Source: Bugula neritina (Eukaryota > Animalia > Bryozoa). From it: DNA of 64,000 nt. Position 1 is the first letter of the stretch. Each line of letters opens with the position of its first letter. The stretch lies in contig OZ037767.1 in the NCBI GenBank assembly GCA_964035545.1, positions 20,538,628 to 20,602,627 on the forward strand, written 5' to 3'. Position numbers and translations under genes: made by a program. The notes under the pieces were generated by a model, which did no database searches, was not told the DNA's origin, and saw only the letters and a program-made list of their open reading frames with translations. Shown one piece after another: positions 1-13,300 of this stretch.

Positions 1-2409
1 CAGAGACCAAGCACACAGAGTTAGCCGACTAACTCTTGCAATACTCAACATTCACGGGTATGTTGCTTAACCTGCACCGCTTTTGGCAAGGAAATATCTG
101 AGCAATCATAAAAATTAAATATGCATTCTTAGCATGACTCATCAGCTACTATTTCCATCAACTGGCAGCTGACATTCACATTTGTATAAAATATTAATTC
201 ACAAATTAATTTATATTTGCATTTAAACTGAATGGTTTTGTTACGCAGGTGTATATCTAATTGTTTCATTAGAAAATTGTATTCCAATTTGTCTTCAACT
301 AACAAGCTTTAGGGAAAATATTTAAACTACTATTTAACATATTAATGCATTGTATCAGTTGACATATTTTAAATTATATAATTAATGGTGTTTTTTTGTA
401 AGTAATTCTGTCAAATTCATGCAAAGTAGTTCTAAAAAAGATCATTTTAATTTAGGCTGTATAATTATACAAATATAATGCTACATTTAGTTTGAGGCTC
501 TAATCATCAATGCAGTAAGGGTGGGGGGGGTAGATGAAGAGCAACAAAGACCAGATACGAGTATAACTGCTATCGTATCAAGTAACAATAATTGTTAAAT
601 TTTACGGGAAATTTTTAGTGGAAGATATGATGATTCTAAGAGTTAATTTTAGATTCTATAGGAGTTCTAAAAGAATTCACCATGAAGCATCTGCTAAAAC
701 CTATAACTGAGCTTCATGTAACATCTGCACTTTTACTCATACAGTAACTATTCATTATATTGTAGTACTCATTTGGAACAATAATATCATGCTAATTAAA
801 TTATGACAGTAGAAATAAATTCCTTAATTATTCAAAATTAAAAAAGCCACACCTACTCACTACTACTGTCTTGCAGATTTAATGTAAGTTCTCCACTTAC
901 AAATAAGCATAGTTTAGTCAACTCATAAATAAAACAAGATGGCACAGTATTTAGCAATGTTATTAAAAAATTGAGAAACTGCCAACATTTATGTTAGAGA
1001 GAGATAGGCTAGAATCTTTTTTGTGAATGTTTGGTGGATCCCTTCACAGATTATGGTAGTTATAGTGTGTTGGGATACACAGGTGCAAACAGGACCGGAG
1101 TGACATTATACTATTAATAGATATATAACTATTTAACTACATGTCATAATATAACACATTTATCCTAATATTATCAAGATAAAAGAAATAACGATTTTAT
1201 GAAGTGATAGTGTGTTGGATAACAGCTCACTGCTATGTTCTCTTTAGTGCTGCATGTTTTTTTATTTTAATATAGAATAAAAGTGTTGTTACTATACACT
1301 GTTGACTTTAAATCTAATTCTTATTGGCGATTTTAGTCAGAAATAGTTACAATTATCAGTGGCTACTAGTAATTGTCTGGTGTATATACATGTTGTAGTT
1401 TTCAGATTAGTTTCAGCAATTTTCTCTTATGGCTGATGCAGCATTTTTCCATCCAACTGTTCATTGCTTGCACAACCTCTACTAGTTAAAATAAAGTAAT
1501 GACGTTAAATTATATGAAACTTTTTCAACAATTTCACTACATGCAGCTACATTATAACTTGTGTCTTTAGCTTATAGGGCTGTCTATAATTATATGGCAT
1601 CTTTGGAATGCAAACAGAGGATTCACTTACAAAGAACTGAAATGCCTCAATATTAGTATGGTCAGATATACAGAGTAAGTACGTCTGACATTGAAGCGAT
1701 ATACTGTAACTAAATTAATGTTTCTACCAACAGTTGTCATCACTCATCATCTACAACAATAAATACTTGCTTGAGTTTCCTTTGCTGTAGCTGGCAATAA
1801 GGTGCTGCCATTTAATTAGGTATATTTTGGTTGACCCCAAGTTTATGCTCCATGATATTAATAGCCATTAGTCAAGCTTCAGTGGTCAATAACACTTCAA
1901 TTATATAAAAAGCTAGTAGGTATTAAATTAACTATATAAATAACAAGTTATGAATAAATAATCTGCATATACTAATATTTTTAAATGAGAAAGTTCAAAG
2001 TTTAAAGACAGGACTTTGAGTAATATTTAAGTAATTGTTTTGAGTGTAGAACGTAATCACAGTGAATCTAAATCTATTGAATACTAATTACTAGTACTCT
2101 TCATAATGTTAATTATTTTTTAAAATAAACTGGCACAATTGGCTAACTTTATGATTGAGATAATTTATTGCGAGAGTGTGTTGAGTGGCAATGCATATTA
2201 GTAGAACTCATTTGCAATTTTTTCTAGACTACTTTTTTAAAACATGGAGGAGTTGCTAATAGTGTTGAACTGAACCTCTCTCTACTATTTATAGATATCA
2301 TTAATTTCATATTTATCCTTCATTTTATATCCCTCTGTTAGCTCACATCCTCATCTATCTCCGCTCTGTCCTGTTCGAGTAGCGGAAAAACTCACACAAT
2401 TTGATAGTC

Positions 2410-2595
2410 ACTATCCCTGTTAGGACCCCTGATGGGAAGGGCTTTGTGAAGCATGCTAAGGACTTATTCATATGTGGCACAGAAGCAATTATATGACTGG
2501 ATGCTCTTCCTAACATCACCAATAGCCTTTGTAGGGGTTCAAACCCATGGCTTTGTGTTTGCTAAGCCAACGCTCTAAACCCCTAAACCATGACT
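2410..2595 (-). mobile_element. tRNA-derived SINE remnant
   Basis: Minus strand shows A-box-like TGGTTTAGGGGTT and B-box-like GGGTTTGAACCC. Body segment TATGACTGGATGCTCTTCCT..CACCAAT recurs in degenerate form at ~40054-40082. Confidence 0.45.
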
Positions 2596-5438
2596 TCTCT
2601 ACTCAGTTAGCTCATATATAAGATATGTATACAAGTGTGATAGTCTGAATCACAGGTGATAGTCTGGGTCACAGCTGGCAGACGAGTCACAGCCTTACTA
2701 CGTGTCAAGGTCACAGAAACTGGTAACATCAGTCAGAATGTCTGTGAAAAACACCACCAAATGTGTCAGTGATGCAAATTACTCTATGAAAAGGTGATAA
2801 TTCTGTGTCAAGCGGCAGTGGACTGCATGTTGATAGGACATGATAGCCTCCACCACATGATAATCCCTATTGTGGATTATGTAAGCAGACCCAGTCATCC
2901 TGTCACGTGACTATTATTTCTCAATCACGGTGTATTGGTTTGAATCAAGCCATTTCTACTGACTCTGCTCTATTCAATCTTAGCTTTAGAGAAAAAGGTT
3001 TCATGAATGTACAACAAAACTTGCGAAAACTGCCATTTTTTTCTTATATTTATAAATGATAATTATGTTGTGTAAAAAGTGCCATGGAAACTTTGATCTC
3101 TCCTACATTTCTGGTCAAAAATAGCAAATTGAACTTTTTAAAAGTAGTTTCTAAAAGACAGCTAATTGATGCATCATCAATTTCTTGTCCACAATAAAGT
3201 TTTAAAATCATTTATTATATTTTCTGGACCTCTGATGTAAAATTACGGACATTAAAATTAAGTACTTAGCATGAGTTTTCTATTCGAAAATATTCCTGTA
3301 TTCACAGCCAAGCACATCGTTTTAGCTGCCAAAAATTTAGTAGACTTACAGTCCAAGTAATTTACTGTAACATATCCTGTACCTATAGCCTTGCTTTATT
3401 GGGCGGTTTACATAAAAAAATTAACCACTTTCAAAATCTTCTGTTGGCCTAAAATACCACTAAAACTTGGCCCAGTTTCAACACATCTGTTTGGAGCTGT
3501 AGTGCCCTTAACAGACGTGTGCTAATTGAAATTGCCTGTAGGATATAACAGCTACTGTAACTCAGCATATAATTATAATAAAGTACATCAATTTATTATT
3601 TTATTGCTCAAAGTATATCCTATTTATTTGTTACTAAGTCAGATAGCATGTGCTATATATTATACGGTTCAATTATAGTCTATAATCTATACTATAATAT
3701 ATACAACAGATATGCTAATTTGTAATGTGTACCTTATAACAACAGTGTCTTAACTTCTTCTGTATTCTTTACAGACAACATAATACGTTAATGTTCTTAT
3801 TCATGAACAAAGTAGCCAATGGCCGTTAAAATACTGTGAGGAAGTTGAGAGAGGCTAACTTAGGCCCCAGCAGTTGAAGGTGAGCATGTCTGGTGACTTA
3901 GTGATATAGCCACAACTCAAACTACAAACCCAAAACTCCAGTCAATGTTGAGGTTGACCAAATTGACCTATCAATTTAGACATATTTTCAAAATAGTTTC
4001 CACTGTGCTACAAATTTGTTGTGTCAAGAAGTGTCAATGTTTAACAAATAGGTGATGGGGTGGCCTACAATCAATTATATATCTTCTATCGTCACAGTCT
4101 CTATCTAGCCCAACACTAATTAATTATTATGATAGTCATGCTATACCTATACACTATCCACCTGGCATTTGTTTTAAAACAGTTTAATTAAAAATATGTT
4201 GCATTGTGGTGATGCTGGGCTGCAGAATTTTTACACTAAACTACTAATATTTCTACCCAAATTTTATGATTGAAATAGTTTGAAAACATTTTATATTATA
4301 CGGAAAAGTTTATTATCTATTTCTTGACTTAGCTATGAAGGAAATATGCCACTACTTTGCTTTACTATAGCTTGTGAAGGTTTGTATGCATTCTAAAGGT
4401 AACTGGGAAGCACCTGCAAATACTTGTCAATCAGCTGTTTGCTGTCTGTAAAACCATATGAAAAGTGTAAGGTAGTTAGAATTGAGAGTATATGAAACAT
4501 CAAAATATGTATGTCAAGGTTGCTTGCAGCTTGATAAAATGAATTATTTACTGTTTGTTTCACTAGTTGAGAGATTGAGTGTCAGTAGATGTATTTTTTG
4601 CACTATGCATAAGCTTAACTGAAACATTACTGATTTCTGAACTTTAAGATAAATTTCCTGTTTTGAGGTCAAATGAATTCCACAAACCTTTCAACATATA
4701 GGTTTCCAATTATTAAAAAGCAATTTAACAAAAACCAGTTTTTTGTTTTTCTAGAAAAAAATTTGAAAATTTGAATTAAATTGACATTTAGCTCACCATT
4801 TGATTGCACTTTCTTTAGAAATTAAAACAAAGAAATTATTCAATGTCAAATAAGATGGTATTTACTAATTTAAATAATGAATAAATAATGGGGAACTAAG
4901 TGATTGAGTAATTGATCAATGAATATGTATGTTCAGAGCTACCTTCTGTAAATTCTCTTTCCTTTGACCTACATACCAGCTGAAGCTTAATTAAATGCAG
5001 TGGCACACTAAAGCTGGAACACAAAAAAATACAAAGTTCCACAAACCCAAAGTAAATAAGAAGAAATAGACAGCATCATATACTGTCAAAAAAGCCATTG
5101 TCTATAATTTAAATAATATACTTTTATTAGTTGATTATAAACTCAATGCTATTATTGGTGTAACTTTAGCTGTCCGTTTTACCTGTCACTTCTATTAATA
5201 AATAAAAAGCTGTTACAAACACCATCTAGCAATGCAGGAGATGAATAGATATGCTGATAGGAAAGAGTTGAACTTGAAAAACATTGCCTAACCGTCATTA
5301 AGGTCGAAGTAGGTCTAATTAACTTTCTAACTGCCTCTCATACAAAGTTTCGATTTGACAAACTTGATGATATAAAATGTAAAAATAAGTATGTTAATTA
5401 TAACTGTTTTACTGGTATAACAAATTCTGTGTATGCGA

Positions 5439-5455
5439 CATATATATATATATAC

Positions 5456-5502
<47 letters not shown>
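5439..5502. repeat. (TA)n microsatellite
   Basis: Visible TA run followed by poly-T. Confidence 0.95.
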
Positions 5503-5511
<9 letters not shown>

Positions 5512-8099
5512 TTTATAACAATAGCAATAATAGAAAACTTGTGCTGACAATATCAACTTACCTGACTGATTATGTAGAATTGCTGACTCTATGTAGAATG
5601 ATCATTTGCTGACTCTAGGCTGACTCTAAGCTGAGAGAAACTACAATGAATACAGCCTGTCTAAATGCATGCTACTAGTAACATGAGTACTTGAGTCAGG
5701 GAGTATCTCTGAAGTAAGTTTATCCTGTTACTATGACAACCATCATCATCATCATTTCAATTAATCATAATTTTGGAAGCGAGCTACAAATTGTGGAGCT
5801 GCTAGAGGCGGCAGTGGGTTGGTGCGCACCAGCTCAGTGCCACAAGTCTGGCAAAGACAAAACAGAAACTATCTTTTGGCATAAAAAGTGTTATAATTTA
5901 CCAAATTTCTACAGTGGATAATTTGTCTAGTTCTTGTTCAGTTTGACATGAAATAAAACTCTGTTTTTGTGCTGAGCAAAGCCCAGACCTTAGACTCTAG
6001 AGCTTATTTTAAAAAAAGTTTTACGGGATGTGGGGAGACACAAGATTTTGTATATAAATCTTTAATTTTTTTATTTGAGGACTGAGGTGTTTAATTAGTT
6101 CCCCTGAAATTGTTTCAACTCTCATTTTCTAGATTGAGTAGGACACGAAACACATGAAGCCTTATAAACGGTTTCTACTTTTCTAATATAGCTATATAAT
6201 TAATAAAGAGTTACTACAAGATCTTCTAATTTACAATAAAATAAATACAGTGTAGCACAACTGTAACTGGATAGAATGTTTTTATGCAGTCTTTAATGAT
6301 GGATAAAACAATTGGTAAAAAACATGCTATAAAAACTTCGAAATGCAATAAAACTGATAAATACTTTGAGTTTCTGATTATATCAGGGTTGAAGTTGGAG
6401 TAGAGACAAGCGCTTCATTTCAAAGAGACAAATGCAACTTCTTATGCTTTTTACACCTGGAGGGAAGCCCAGGGCAGTTCCCTCTTTGCCAGACCGTCTT
6501 TTTATATGAGATTGTAACTGCAATCATAGCTCTCATTCTGACAACCAGATTGGTGGACCATGGTGGCCTGCAACAGGTTGTTGGTTGGAAACTGGTGGAC
6601 TGGGAACAGAAAGCTGAAGCTGGTAGCTACTTGAATAATTAGATACAAATTACTAACTGAATTAATTAGTAGAATAATAAGTTTCGGCCATATTTGGTAA
6701 CAAGTGCCAACACACTGCGATATAAACAGTGAAGATGTCACGAGTTTGTGGCTCTATTGCATACTGACAGCTAAAGCACATTAACATTTTCTGGAGTTTG
6801 TTATACCTGCTAACAATAGAGTTGAGTCATGCATGTAAGCAGTCTATGTGAACCCAATTGGTCTTCTGTCGTAAAACAACCTCTGGTCACGTGTATAGTT
6901 TGACTTTATTGGTTTTGTTTTCATATCTGATACCTGTATACATCCTTTTACAGATACCTAAACATATTTTATGAATACCTAAACATCCTTTCACATATAC
7001 CTAAACATATTTCACATATACTTAAACACATTTCATATATACCTATAAATATAACATATTTCACATACATATATACCTAAATTTATTTCACATATACTTG
7101 TACACCCTTTCACATATACCTAAATATTATGTTTCACAGGTATATCTAAATATATTGGCTAATGATTTGGTCCAATCACATCAAGGCAAGTCCAATATTA
7201 AAGTTTTTGCCATCTCATATGGCATTAGTTCATCTAGCTAAACATAGAAAAACATGGGCTATGGGCTATGGAGAATTATTACTCAATAGCTGAAACTATA
7301 GTTTACTATTTCTTCTATTTAGTTTCTCATCAATTTTTGATCACAATAAGTTAAAAACTTGCATTTCTGTGAAGATATATTACCTCAAAGTCACAATTAA
7401 CACTTTTTGGCTACAAACATTTTCCACAATCTGAGCAAGTCTAGGCTTAAAACCATGTACATTTTTTAAGCTTAAAAAGGATGTGCAGGGAGAATATCAA
7501 TTATTGATTTTTCATTCAAATGCTTCTATTTTTAGTTTAAGTTTCAGCTTTGCTTGTCAAGACAGCAGACTTGTATGCAAATTAAGGAAAGAAAAGTTTT
7601 CAGGGCTAAACAATTTAATATGTCAATTTCAGACTGTCACCTCATTGAAGTTATGCTACATTTTTATGGTTTGTGGTTAATTTTTCTTTGGGTAAAGCTC
7701 TGCCTTCAAGATTTCTTAACACCTGTAATATGAATACTAAAATATCAGCTGATTTATATTATAATTAATATTACAAAAGAGTCATATAATTAAATGTCAA
7801 AATAGTATTTTATTATAGAAATAGCATGCAGGTGCTATAAATGTCATGTTCAAACAGGTTGTAATAAATGAAACTGTCACTTGCATACCTTGAACTTAGC
7901 TTTCATCATAACCTGTAAGCAACCTGCTAACTGTTTAATAAGCTTGTCTACAAGCTACCTGTGGACCATTATTAATTGAGGTAAAAATATATATAATTAT
8001 TCTTAGATGCATTTATTAGCTGTTGGCACTTCAAAATTTTCACATATCCTAAAGTTTACAGCAAATTACTATAACCACGAGACTTCTCACCTGAGCACC

Positions 8100-8330
8100 A
8101 AATATCACCTAATAGCTGTCTAATAGCTACCTAATAGTCACCTAATCATTACCTATTTAATAGTCACCTGATAGTCACCTAATAATAAGCTAATAATCAC
8201 TTAATAGTCACCTATAATCCCCTAATATAGTCACCTATAATAGTCACCTACTCAGTACCTAATAGTCACCTATAGGCTATATCAGTCACCTATATCAGTC
8301 ACCTATTATAGTCACCTAATAGTCACCTAT
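8100..8330. repeat. Degenerate ~11-bp minisatellite (AATAGTCACCT)
   Basis: Repeated TAGTCACCT units. Confidence 0.85.
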
Positions 8331-10376
8331 AAATAGGATACCTGATTCAAGTGACTGACTCTTCTGTTTTATCTAACTTTACCATCTATATATTTACTTT
8401 CTTTGAGTCACAAACCATCACTGATTGATAAATTCAGTCAGCTGTCTTTGATACCGTCTTTCTCTTTGTCTACTCTATTTGCCACCTCAATCCAGTCATT
8501 CTTCTGCTGCTAATCTTTTCCTCTCATATACTTACAGACCATACAAAGTTTTCAGACATTTCTTTCTTATATATAATGTTAAGCTATCAATCTCATTTCT
8601 AGTGCCTTGGTGTACTTTTTATTTTTTACTGTAGATACATATAATTGGTCAAATCTAGAATCATTGCATCAAAATTATAAAAGTTGTTTATAGTCGATTT
8701 TCCTTTCAGATTAACAATTTTATTTCATGAATTTGTATTTTTATCCTATGCTGCTCTGTAGTTTAATATGCAACAAGCTATCTGCTGTCTTTGTTTCTAC
8801 TATATTAGCTGATAACTAGAGCTAGTGCAGCATGCAATGGGGAGGTTAGCTGAAGCCTGTAGATTTTACGTCTAGTTAACTCAAGATTTGAGGCTACAGA
8901 AATCTGCAGTCAAATACAATGTTGGAGTCAACCTTTCAACAACAAAAATTTCCCACGAGGAAGTGATTTATTGAGAGTAATAATAGGTATACATGATATC
9001 AGCCATACTGGTAGTAGTGACTTCAAAGCATCAGTTTGGAGCTGAAGCAATGACCTCTATAGTTTTGGCACACACAAAGCTGCCAGTCTATGTATAGTTG
9101 TCTAATGCTTATTGTGTAACCATAGTAACAATTGTATTATTTCGCAGACTGGAAGTTCCCACACACAGCACTATGGATTTGCAATTAGTAAAATGCCCAC
9201 AATGTCAACATCCTTAATGAAGTAAATCTCAACTTCTTTGAATACCAAAGTTTGTACCAAACATTCAATAATAAGTGAGATTATTGTATTTTCTAAAATA
9301 ACAACTTAAAACCAAGCAAATGTATGGTAACTTGAAATACTCATATCTGTTTATGATCCTCCCTTTGGTGATGTGCAGATTGTAGATGGTTATATGAACA
9401 TCTCACACCATGCTGCTAACATGCCTGCGTATAATAAACGGAAGGCTGGAGCATTGGTGTACCAAATGATTTTTCTGACATCATTGACCACCATAATGGA
9501 GTCTAGCACATGTCATGCTAGGCCAGTGCCCTTAATCACAGCTGTATTATGATAATGTGACACTTAGGCAAGCTGTAGCAAAATGCAGTTTTTACATATT
9601 ACTCTCTTTTAATGTCTTCACATGCTAAAATGCGTCCACACAGTTTATAAAATTAGGTCAAATGAATATTATTTGTTACATGATTTAACAAATAATTACC
9701 CAAACATATTGTGATGACAACTCTCATTGTAAATAAGAAGAGAAATAAGCCACATTAGAGATTAATGTTTTATTATCACTGTCTGTATACCAGCTTATTT
9801 ATTACAATGCAGCAAAAATGGGAAGACAACTTCACATAGTCACAACTGGTATAGTCTAAACATAAATTCAGGTAAAAACACAAGAGTTGAATTGTAAATT
9901 CGATGCATAGAGATGGAAATACAAGCAGCCAATCTTTATAGCTTTCTGCAGCACTTTTTGTTATGAAATACTTTTGAAACCAAATGAGATGAAATAATCA
10001 ATGAACTATAACTCTAATAAATTTATAATGCTAAATACGTTTTCCAAACTAAACATAAAATGAAATACAAGATTGTTGATACAATGAATATGTAGCTCAA
10101 TCTACTAAAGCTTAGCTGGTAGGAATTCTAATCTGGAGTGCAAAAACCTAAACTATGATTTAATATATCTCACATTATCATATCTTATTCAGCTTGCTCA
10201 GTAAAATATAGAATGGCATATGAATGTGGGACTTGTATAGCATCAGCTTACATTGTATCTTGGTGCGTAAAAAGCCATTAGAAATGTAAATAGTTGAGTA
10301 GAATATTATAAATATGATGGGAGTATGATAGTTGTGGAGTCGAGACAGGCTACGATTGGGACGGGTATCACGACAC

Positions 10377-13300
10377 TCACTGTTCCTCAACATAATTAGC
10401 TGGAAATAAGCCAACTCTGTCTCCAATTCTGCCCTTCCACCAGCCTTCATCAATCTAAAGTACAGCATTTGTAAGTTGAGCTTTCAACTGAGATGGAAGC
10501 AACTCAATAAGTATCTCTACCATTAACTCAATATCAGTAACTCTACCACTCACTCTACCACTCACTCTACCAGTATCTCTACCACTCACTCTACTAATAA
10601 CTCTACCACTTACTCTACTAGTAACTACCAGTAACTCTACCACTCACTCTACCACTCACTCTACCAGTATCTCTACCACTCACTCTACTAATAACTCTAC
10701 CACTTACTCTACTAGTAACTACCAGTAACTCTACCACTCATTCTACCAGTATCTCTACCAGTAACTCTGCAGCAAACACATCCACCTAAGGTAGACATCA
10801 TTTAATAACATGACTAAACAAATACTAAAAACATCAACAACTGTGGCAAACACTGACAATCAATTATATAGCTATATTATCACTCTTTTATTCTTTACAT
10901 TTGTTTGAGGTTCAAAAAATAGTGGGAGAGGAGATAATTTCAAAAATAAAATTTTAAAAATGTGAGCTTTTTGAGACGCAACCTGCCTCATGTTGCACCC
11001 TTTTAAAATTATAGAAATAGGCTCAGTCAGGCAAGAAAAAAATAAATATTGTAAAGTTAGCACACAACATAATTATTTCAAGTAGTAAAAGTAGCATAAC
11101 AATGAATATGTAAGGCCTCATTCACACTTGCTGATATTTGCTGTCAAGTGTGAATGGAGCCTAACAGTCAACCGAGCATTCAGGTTCATTTAAATAGGTC
11201 ATCCAATCGCTTGATTCCTGCCTACACAATGACTGCTAGTTGTCAGTTCGTTAATTAAATAGTTAACCAATAGTAGCATGCCATCGCCCATTGGCTGTGG
11301 CTTTACGCTTTGGCAGCCTGGATGTTGGCCGCAAACTTTGAACCTACAGCTAATAGAATAGTAAGAGCTAGCAATGCAAGTATCATCGCACCAATTACAA
11401 TATGATATAATCATTAAAATATAAATGAATCTGAGTTGGAATTAGTTTAAAGAGGCACAGGTTAGTTTTGTTTTTCAGTATTGTCACAATTTAAAGCTTT
11501 TATTAGGTATGTTTTATCTATTTTAACTATAATAATAAATATTTGGTTTATCTAACGTGTTATGGAGTTTAACATTTTTTGGAATGCCGGTGCGCTCAGT
11601 GCATGATAAATTTCATGGCTATGTGTTTACTTTATAATAAGTTTTTCATAAAATTACGAATTCTAAAAGCAGGCTCTCCAGTAATTGATCAGTTTGTGAC
11701 CAGATAGTACCCTAATTGGCAGGTTAAAGTTGTATTTTTACACATAAACGTAGCAATATTTTACTGCAGCTACTAATTCAAGTCAACATTGAACATAAGT
11801 TTAATTTTTGTTTATGTGATACTGCACTCTTACTTGTCTCAACTGATATAATTAATTACTTTAGTCTATGGTAGTTGTTATTTAATGTCACTTTTATTAT
11901 AAATTTTAATAGTTTTAGTAGACCTGTAATACCGTTTCCTAGAGTCAAACTCACCCTAGCTAGCCACTAAAAGAAAGCAAGAGGTGATTTTTTCAAAATC
12001 TGTATATATACAACTTCATGAATGATTTTTTGTTTGTTTTATTTTAAAAACCTATTATAATTGCATATGTTAACCTACTTTTACAGTTTCTTACGGCAGT
12101 TAGAATAAGTATAAATAAAGTTACTAACACCAACACCAGTACAACTCATTATTGGTTAGTGGCGATGCTACATATATAATGGGCTACATATGTAATGGCG
12201 TATAGATACAAACAAAAGCCAATAAATAGAGTGTATAACTCCACAGATGAAATTACATCAGCAGCTATGTGCTCTGAGGTGAATTTGGCACAGCCAATGT
12301 TTACATAATTCCCAGCTATAGTTTTCAGCTTATGTCTGTTCAAATAAAAATTTATAATTTGATATTATTTATAACTACATGGTGAAAATTGATCACTATT
12401 CCAAGGGTTGTTCAAATGATTGCCAAGGGTTGGAGGATTTGTCTCTACAGTTAGAGGGCGACCTTCAGCTTAGAACATACAAGCTTGACAGGAAACATTT
12501 TAAAAACTTGCATTAGTTTGAGTCACTAAATGTCAGTAAATAGATGCACACATAACATTACTAATATATTGTGTAATTAAACTAAACAGATTATTCAATA
12601 TTGCAATATAAATATTTTAATGGGCCTGTATAAACGGCGCAGAGAAATGAAGTTATCCCACTTTTTGCTATCATGTCCGCATAAAGACATTCAATTGAGA
12701 AGTTGCACAACGCTTGCACAGAGTGCCACATGTTACGGAGAATTTGAGTTGCCTGTTGGTAAGATGTAGCACATAAAGTGATGACATAGCACTAGAAAGA
12801 AGACAACTCTCACCTGTGCGCAGACGTTTATTATTACACTGGACCTATTCTACACTATAGTAATGTGGGCGTACCTTTTCAATGTCATAGATGATGTCAT
12901 CAGGGTCAAACGAGAGCTCGTCATCATCAGTGGCAGCATAGTCATAAATGGCGCGGGCAGTTATACCTTGACCAGTGTTGCGAGGCACAACGTCTGGTAT
13001 TGAAGCGTATTCCTCTACAGAAAAAGCAGAATACACACCATATAGCAATATGTTACAAAACTCACAGAAAACGTCATAGAGGTATCATATATGACCTTGA
13101 AGGTAGTATAACCTCAATGGAGACATTACAATGTGTTATATATGACCTTGAAGGTAACATAACCTCAGTGGAGACATTACAATGTATCATATATGACCTT
13201 GAAGGTAGCATAACCTCAGTGGAGACATTACAATGTGTTATATATGACCTTGAAGGTAGCATAACCTCAGTGGAGACATTACAGAGTATTAGATATGACC

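Noticed and set aside
6420-6741. Relatively GC-rich patch with a 79-aa ORF
   Set aside because: No recognisable domain and no convincing in-phase partner exons; cannot support a gene call.
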